From the IMG/VR virus record IMGVR_UViG_3300028588_000068, positions 1 to 30,540 of that record: 30,540 bases of DNA; one strand, 5' to 3'. Source of the stretch: a virus. Its lineage: Duplodnaviria; Caudoviricetes. A program made the position numbers and the translations under genes. Below are positions 25,278 to 30,540 of this stretch, piece after piece (position 1 is the first letter of the stretch; each line of letters begins with the position of its first letter). The notes beneath the pieces are model-generated. The model was not told the origin of the DNA, did not search any database, and worked only from the letters and a program-made list of their open reading frames with translations.

Positions 25278-25904
25278 CTAGGAACTTCTGCGGGCGGCGC
25301 CGAGCTGGCGCAGGGCGGCCGCGGCGCGGCCCTTGCCCTTGCCGTCGTCGACGACCGGTTCGCCCTTGCGCACCTGCTGGCGCTCGGCAGGACGCCGGGG
25401 CGTCTTGCTGACGAGGTAGGGCTTGTCGGTCGCGAGCTTCTCGACGAGCTTCTTGATCGCGTCGGCGTCGGGCTCTTCGTTTTTGACGGGGAGCTCGTCG
25501 CCGAGTACCTGCAGGGCGTCGGCCGGGTCGTTGAACCCGAGCGACGTGGCGATCGACTTCGTCTCGGTGGTGACGAGGCGCTTGAGGAAGCGCTGCGTGA
25601 CCTCCGTGCCGGTCTCGGCCTTGGCGGCGTCGAGGGCCTTCTGCTGCTCGGTCTTCTGGGACTCGAGGTGCTTGTCGTACTCGGTCTTGGCGGCTTTGAG
25701 CTCGTCGTAGTCCTTGTACTTCTCGCGGTCTCGGGCCAGACGCGACTCGATGATGCGGTCGAGGTCAGCCTGTGACGCCGGGGGCGTGTAGGCGGGCGGG
25801 TCGGCCGGTTTCGGGTCGCTGCCGCCAGAGGTGCCCGGGTCTTCGATGAATCGAAGTCTCGGGTGGTTCTGGGCGAAGCTGAGCCAGGGGTGGCGATCGT
25901 GCAT
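25278..25904 (-). CDS. Scaffolding protein
   Basis: SQADLDRII..RLAR.R.KY.DYDELK pattern; charged helical protein upstream of the capsid gene. Confidence 0.85.
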   Translation of the reverse strand: MHDRHPWLSFAQNHPRLRFIEDPGTSGGSDPKPADPPAYTPPASQADLDRIIESRLARDREKYKDYDELKAAKTEYDKHLESQKTEQQKALDAAKAETGTEVTQRFLKRLVTTETKSIATSLGFNDPADALQVLGDELPVKNEEPDADAIKKLVEKLATDKPYLVSKTPRRPAERQQVRKGEPVVDDGKGKGRAAAALRQLGAARRSS

Positions 25905-25967
25905 GGTGTTCCTCCGTAGATCCGTCGATGTGCCGGCAGATGAGCAGCTGCCGTGGCTGCGTCCCCG

Positions 25968-27323
25968 CTATGCGGGTGGGTCGGTGGGTGTGGGCTCGGG
26001 CGTGGGCACCGGGATTGCGAGCCGTCGCCGACGCACTTCGTCGGCGGCCTCAAGGGCGTCGGCCTTCGACCACGAGGGGACGAGGGCGAACAGCATCTCG
26101 AGGGGCGCGTCGACCGTGTGGAGCTTCACGATTGCGTCGGCGACCTGGTTGAGCGACCGGGTCGACATGTCAGCCCAGTTGACTTCCGAGTCGAGGTCGT
26201 CAGCCGCCTCGAGGCCGAGCAGATCCGCTGCGGTCCGTAGTGCGAGCTCGTAGCCCTCGCCGATGGCGTACTGGCGGTCGTTGATGTTCCGCCAGTAGCC
26301 GGACTCCGCGGCCGCGATGCCTTCGGCGGACATGTTGATGATCGCGCCGAGCAGGTAGTGCGGGGGCACCTGCACGAGGGCCGAGAAGTGCTTGATGTGC
26401 GCGTCGAGGGCCTGCACGACCTGGTCGAGGCTCGCGGCCTGGAAGCTGCCGAACCGGGCAGTCTCACCCGATGTGCCTGAGGCATGCAGCAGCCCGTCGA
26501 CCGACGAGCGGATCAGCGGGTTGCCCTGATCATCCGTGGCGATCTCGCCGCCGGCCATCCACTTCTGCGGGAACGCGCCGTAGCGCTGGACCATCTGCAG
26601 GGTGAAGGTGGCGTCGACGATGCGCTGGTAGACGGTCACTGCCGCTTCGACGCTGGACTCCGGACGACCGCCGAGCGGCAGGGTGTTCCCGATCCTGTTG
26701 ACCGGGCAGTAGTCCAGCCCGTGCTCCGTGCGCTCCACCTGCAGAGGCGTCCGAGCGTCACCAACGAATCGGTAGATCGCCTCGCCGTCGATGAACATCC
26801 ACTTCAGCGACTTGGGGCGGTTCAGGTTGCCCTCGACGAGGTGGAGGACGTGCTTCGGACGGTCGTCCCAGGGGTCGTCGTAGACGGCGTAGGTCTGCAG
26901 CGCCGACATGGGCCGCATGACGACCCGGTTCTCGTCGGCGTGAGGCAGGGAAGCGAGGTAGCCGTAGCCGAGCCCGACGATCTCCCGGTTGAGCTGCCCC
27001 TGACGTCCGTCCATGCCGGATGCCTGCCAGGCGTCACGCCAGACGGTCTGGTCGGAGTAGCCGTCGATGAGGAGGCCCTGGGCGATGGAGTCGCGAGCGA
27101 ACATGAGCCACGGGGACGACGCTTTGCGGAACAGGTCCTTGTACTCGAGGTCGGCGTTGTCGGGCATCCACGTGCGGAGCAGCTTGCCCTCGATGCGCCT
27201 CTGCAGGGTCGCGAGCCGGGTCCACTCGTTGCGTGCGGACGACCAGAACTCGCCGATCATCGTGCCGATTTCCGTCGGCGTCAGCCCCACGGGCTGCGGG
27301 TCGATGGGGATGAGATCGGTCAT
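25968..27323 (-). CDS. Portal protein
   Basis: Start at ATG 27323 (ATGA overlap with terminase); 451 aa; AFPQKW..G, PPHYLLG...N.SAE patterns. Confidence 0.9.
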   Translation of the reverse strand: MTDLIPIDPQPVGLTPTEIGTMIGEFWSSARNEWTRLATLQRRIEGKLLRTWMPDNADLEYKDLFRKASSPWLMFARDSIAQGLLIDGYSDQTVWRDAWQASGMDGRQGQLNREIVGLGYGYLASLPHADENRVVMRPMSALQTYAVYDDPWDDRPKHVLHLVEGNLNRPKSLKWMFIDGEAIYRFVGDARTPLQVERTEHGLDYCPVNRIGNTLPLGGRPESSVEAAVTVYQRIVDATFTLQMVQRYGAFPQKWMAGGEIATDDQGNPLIRSSVDGLLHASGTSGETARFGSFQAASLDQVVQALDAHIKHFSALVQVPPHYLLGAIINMSAEGIAAAESGYWRNINDRQYAIGEGYELALRTAADLLGLEAADDLDSEVNWADMSTRSLNQVADAIVKLHTVDAPLEMLFALVPSWSKADALEAADEVRRRRLAIPVPTPEPTPTDPPA

Positions 27324-28831
27324 GAGTACCCCCTGACTCGTGCTGGCTTCTTCGGCGGTGACGCCTGCGACTTCTTCACGCCCCACATGGCCCATGTGAC
27401 GGACTGGGCTTGCGTGATGGGCTTGGTCGGGTCTGACGGCTCCCACGTGACACCGGCCTGACCGAGCGGGCGGGTGGTGGCGTTCTGAAGCGAAGCTGTG
27501 ACCTCGGCCTGACCGCGGTGAGTGACCAGGCCGGCGTTCGAGTACTCGACGAACATCGAGTGGGCGCCTGCGATCTCGGTCATGTTCATCGGCAGGTACT
27601 TCACGCCCGCCTGGTCGAGGCTGGTGAGGATCGCGGCGGCGTTCTTGGGGTCGAGGACGACGAGCGCGTTGCCGTGGTCTTGCTTGAGGCCCTTGACGTA
27701 CTCGGCCACCCAGCGGGTCTGTCGGTCGGTCTTCATGTGCTCGACGAACACGCTCTCGTCGTCGTAGGGCGACGCGGCCGACACGGACGCGAACCCTCCG
27801 CTGCGCGCGACGGCGATCGCGATGACCGCCCCGTCGCCGAGCTTGACGCCCTCGGTCTTGTTCGCCGTCCAGCGGGCGATGTCGAGCTCCGAGAGCTTCT
27901 TGACCTCTTGGGGCCGGGGGTTGGGCCAGACCGAGAGCCGCTCCCGGAGGAAGGAGTCGCGGGTCATGCGCGATAGCTCGTCTTCGATGGCTTCGGGCTT
28001 CATGCGGATGCCGAGGGCCGGGTTCGACTGCTCCCAGAAGCGCCGATCCGTGACGTCCATCCCGTCGGCGATGTCAGGGTCGTGGGAGCCGTCGGGAGAG
28101 AACTCGATCCATCCCGTGCGGCGGTCGCTGCCACTGCGGCCACGGTCACGGACACCCTCGAAGTACTCGGAGTCGTCGAGCTCGTCGGGGACCGTGCCGG
28201 TGAAGAGGATCTGGTGGTTCGGGACAGACGACATGGTCGGCAGAAGGGCGTCCATGGCGGCCATGGGGGTCTGCTGGGCCTCGTCAACGATCAGGACGTC
28301 ACAGGTGAAGCCGACGCCGGAGTTCTTTGACCTGGCGAGGAACCGGAGGCGGGTGCCGTCCTTCAGCTCGAAGCCCTCTTCGCCGTGGGCGGTCGAGATC
28401 CCGCCGCGGACGCCGCCCTTCAGTTCCGCGATCAGGAGCGGCGAGCTGCGGATGACGCGCTCGATGCGCCGGAACGCTTCTCGTGCGGTCTTGAACTCGT
28501 GGGCGGTGTGGACGATGAGCTTCGGCTCACCGTCCTCGCGGGGCCAGAGGAAGAGGTGGCCGAGCTCGAACGGCATGATGATGTTGCCCTTGCCGTTCTG
28601 GCGGGCTACGAGCTCACCGAACTCGGTGCAGGTCCACTGGTCGGCGACGTCGACCGACAGGAGCGCATCGAGCGAGGTCTGCTGCCACGGGTCAACGCCG
28701 ACGTTGACCACGTAGAGCAGATCGAGGAGCTCTTCGAGCTTGCTGGCGGCCCTGGCCGGGAGCGTGAGGTGGCTAGGAGCCTGTCTGCCGTGCAGCTCGC
28801 GCGGCGGCGAGCTGAGAAGCGAGGGATTCAC
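27320..28831 (-). CDS. terL: Terminase large subunit
   Basis: Walker A ARQNGKG, HTAH, Walker B LIVDEAQ, NPALG, RERL. GTG 28831 with GGAGG RBS (alternative 28840). Confidence 0.95.
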   Translation of the reverse strand: MNPSLLSSPPRELHGRQAPSHLTLPARAASKLEELLDLLYVVNVGVDPWQQTSLDALLSVDVADQWTCTEFGELVARQNGKGNIIMPFELGHLFLWPREDGEPKLIVHTAHEFKTAREAFRRIERVIRSSPLLIAELKGGVRGGISTAHGEEGFELKDGTRLRFLARSKNSGVGFTCDVLIVDEAQQTPMAAMDALLPTMSSVPNHQILFTGTVPDELDDSEYFEGVRDRGRSGSDRRTGWIEFSPDGSHDPDIADGMDVTDRRFWEQSNPALGIRMKPEAIEDELSRMTRDSFLRERLSVWPNPRPQEVKKLSELDIARWTANKTEGVKLGDGAVIAIAVARSGGFASVSAASPYDDESVFVEHMKTDRQTRWVAEYVKGLKQDHGNALVVLDPKNAAAILTSLDQAGVKYLPMNMTEIAGAHSMFVEYSNAGLVTHRGQAEVTASLQNATTRPLGQAGVTWEPSDPTKPITQAQSVTWAMWGVKKSQASPPKKPARVRGYS

Positions 28832-29189
28832 TCTTGGCACCCTCCGAGGCGTCGATTTCGGCCAGTTCGCGCGCGATTTCGCGCTGTTCCTTCAGCAGCG
28901 GCGCCAGGCGGGCCGGTTCTGACTGTGAAACGACTCGAATCGCCGCCCGAACGGTCGTCAGCCCCTCTCGGAGCACTTCGGCGCGCTCGAGGCGTTCCGG
29001 ATCGGGCTCGACCGGGTCCGGAACGATGCTCAGGACTCGGGGGGCGCGCTTGGCCGCTCGACGGTCGTCGGCGACTTGCTTGGTGCGGTCGTCTCGGGCT
29101 GCTGCGCAGGCTGCGTCGACGGTTGATCCGTCGCGGAGGTGCCGTTTGTAGGCCGAGTAGGTGCCGCAGGGGGCCTTTGGGCGAGGCAC
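28773..29189 (-). CDS. Terminase small subunit (putative)
   Basis: GTG 29189 with GGAGG RBS; directly upstream of terL; helical LAPL.K..R.I..EL..I C-terminal half. Confidence 0.7.
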   Translation of the reverse strand: MPRPKAPCGTYSAYKRHLRDGSTVDAACAAARDDRTKQVADDRRAAKRAPRVLSIVPDPVEPDPERLERAEVLREGLTTVRAAIRVVSQSEPARLAPLLKEQREIARELAEIDASEGAKSESLASQLAAARAARQTGS

Positions 29190-29197
29190 GTGTCGGC

Positions 29198-29226
29198 CTC
29201 CAATTGGTGTGAACTCCAATTGGTGT
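29198..29226. repeat. 13-bp direct repeat CTCCAATTGGTGT x2
   Basis: Copies at 29198-29210 and 29214-29226, each containing the palindrome CCAATTGG. Confidence 0.8.
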
Positions 29227-29337
29227 CGCTTGCACGTTTTGGAGTGGGGAGAGAAGCGCCAAGCCAGGCGGGAAGCTGGCAGCGCGAGGGTCGAGGGGGT
29301 CACCCCCCACCCCTCGGGCCTCGTCGGGGCCTTGACG

Positions 29338-29619
29338 TCAGCTCGCGGGCCAGATCTCGGGGTCGACGTGGTTCGACTTGCGGGCGTTGCAGGCTCGATG
29401 CATGGGCGCGAGCTGCTGGCCGGCCAGTCGTCCGCCGTTCGCCAGGGCGTCAGGGTGGTCAGCGGTGAAGGCGCGAGGGTCGGTGTCGGGTAGGCCAGTG
29501 TCGATCAGCTCACCGCACCAGGAACAGGGCAGCGACTCGTCACGAGTCCGACGCTTGAGCGCTGCTTGCGCTCGACGGTAGGCACGGTGGCCGTGCCCGT
29601 TGCGAAGGGTCGACGACAT
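29338..29619 (-). CDS. HNH endonuclease (packaging-associated)
   Basis: Start at ATG 29619 with GGAGG RBS; CxxC, TADH, GG and H..CN..K motifs; upstream of the terminase genes. Confidence 0.85.
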   Translation of the reverse strand: MSSTLRNGHGHRAYRRAQAALKRRTRDESLPCSWCGELIDTGLPDTDPRAFTADHPDALANGGRLAGQQLAPMHRACNARKSNHVDPEIWPAS

Positions 29620-29921
29620 GCTGACCTCCGGCGCAGATGAGGCGTGACCGAGCAACACCCGAAGCTGCTCGGTCACGCGGTTGGTTCGACGCACGGCGCA
29701 TCACCGCAGATCCAAGGTGTGCTGGTCCCTCGTCCGCGTGGCCCGGGTGTGAGCCGAGTTGGCAGGTAGGGCAGCCGGTGACGGTGTGTGTCGGCGTGCG
29801 GTGCGTCGAAGCGTGTGTGGGCGGGAGCTCAGCCTCATGCGATCTTGCGCCCGCCCGAACCCGTGCTGTGTCGTCCGGAGGGTGAGTACCGGAGGCGAGC
29901 GGCCGTCGCCGCCGCGGCCTT

Positions 29922-29958
29922 AAACGACGAAACCGCCTGGCATGTAACGCAGGCGGTT
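29922..29958 (-). terminator. Intrinsic terminator
   Basis: AACCGCCTG/CAGGCGGTT stem followed on the minus strand by TCGTCGTTT. Confidence 0.7.
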
Positions 29959-30019
29959 GATTCGCAGTAGAGACACTTCTAGTGCGTGAGTGGAACCTAG
30001 CACAGTTTGAACAGACGAT

Positions 30020-30472
30020 CTACATCTGGGGCCACGGCCATGGCAGAGGAGAAAGTGCCTTCACGGCGGCAGCAGCAGATAGCCCGATTATGAGTACAGT
30101 GACAACCCCCGTGAGCAGCAGATCAGCGAGCAAAACGACCCGATAGAAGCGACGACTGTCTTCGATCAGCTTCCGCACCTTGGGCTCACTGTTCTTCCCG
30201 GCGTACCGGCGCTGAGCCACATTTACGAAGTAGTCGAAGAAGATGCGACGGCGCAAGAGACTCTGAAGAGTGCCAAATCCGGGCTCACTCGACGGAGACA
30301 TGAAGTCATCCTCTGGAGTGGATTCGAGCGACTTCGCACCCGACCGCACTTCCGCCAGCGCATCCTGCTTAGTAGTTGCCGTCTTCGGATCGGAGCCAAG
30401 CGGGTCGCTGTCTTCTGGTGGCACACCGGGGAGGTTTTCTTCGTCCCCCACGACGGGCCTGCGGGGCGTCAC
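30020..30472 (-). CDS. Accessory membrane protein (lower GC)
   Basis: 150 aa with a C-terminal hydrophobic segment; GTG start overlaps the upstream stop (GTGA). Confidence 0.7.
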   Translation of the reverse strand: MTPRRPVVGDEENLPGVPPEDSDPLGSDPKTATTKQDALAEVRSGAKSLESTPEDDFMSPSSEPGFGTLQSLLRRRIFFDYFVNVAQRRYAGKNSEPKVRKLIEDSRRFYRVVLLADLLLTGVVTVLIIGLSAAAAVKALSPLPWPWPQM

Positions 30473-30540
30473 AGGCTAAGTACCTGACGCCGGTACCTGA
30501 GCGCCGGTAGCGAAACGCCGAAGTACGTGGCCATCTCCAG
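30469..30540 (-). CDS. C-terminal fragment of a probable ImmA/IrrE-family (M78) metallopeptidase
   Basis: My translation LEMATYFGVSLPALRYRRQVLSL* matches the typical C-terminal A..FGVS..A..YR...L helix. Only 23 codons are visible. Confidence 0.5.
   Translation of the reverse strand: MEMATYFGVSLPALRYRRQVLSL

Larger units (their letters stand above)
1..30540. mobile_element. Temperate siphovirus (actinobacteriophage-like), part of genome, attP apparently unsplit
   Basis: Continuous phage synteny: replication genes, repressor, integrase, lysis, tail, head, terminase. Phage genes lie on both sides of the integrase and no host genes are seen. Confidence 0.95.

Noticed and set aside
16725-28715. 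Long plus-strand ORFs opposite structural genes (e.g. 16725-18509, 19461-20963, 22253-23401, 26484-27461, 27822-28715)
   Set aside because: Antisense shadows of GC-rich genes; no motifs or RBS, and biased composition.
29680-29695. GGTTCGA resembling a tRNA T-loop
   Set aside because: No flanking T-stem, acceptor stem or D-arm could be built.
30480-30509. Tandem near-repeat GTACCTGA(G)CGCCG
   Set aside because: Only two imperfect copies, inside a coding fragment; no sign of an array.
1-30540. CRISPR array, reverse transcriptase/DGR, IS element or rRNA
   Set aside because: No regularly spaced repeats, RT or transposase motifs, or rRNA-like sequence seen by eye.

Overview
The whole window is one temperate siphovirus genome of high-GC, actinobacterial type (probably Microbacteriaceae-like; the host is an inference). 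No host DNA is visible. From left to right it holds: (1) a minus-strand early/replication operon (partial DNA adenine methyltransferase, RepA-like initiator, HNH, MazG-like, HTH and Xis/Cro-like genes); (2) a divergent switch with two leaderless promoters; (3) a plus-strand repressor and small tyrosine integrase; (4) three accessory genes; (5) a minus-strand late operon (lysis, tail, tape measure, frameshifted chaperone, head, terminase, HNH); and (6) a lower-GC module at the right edge. The main discovery is in the lysogeny cassette. A complete tRNA-Arg(TCT) gene (8272-8344) is nested inside the 3' end of the integrase ORF. The repressor gene carries a matching recombination-like site (CAGCCTTC-AGATTA) whose core is the exact reverse complement of the tRNA anticodon-loop site (CAGCCTTC-TAATCT). 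Recombination at this core changes repressor codon 98 from TAC to TAG and removes a 25-aa tail ending in VAAAH. This points to integration-dependent immunity with a phage-supplied replacement tRNA, and possibly to a 1.1-kb self-inverting lysis/lysogeny switch.
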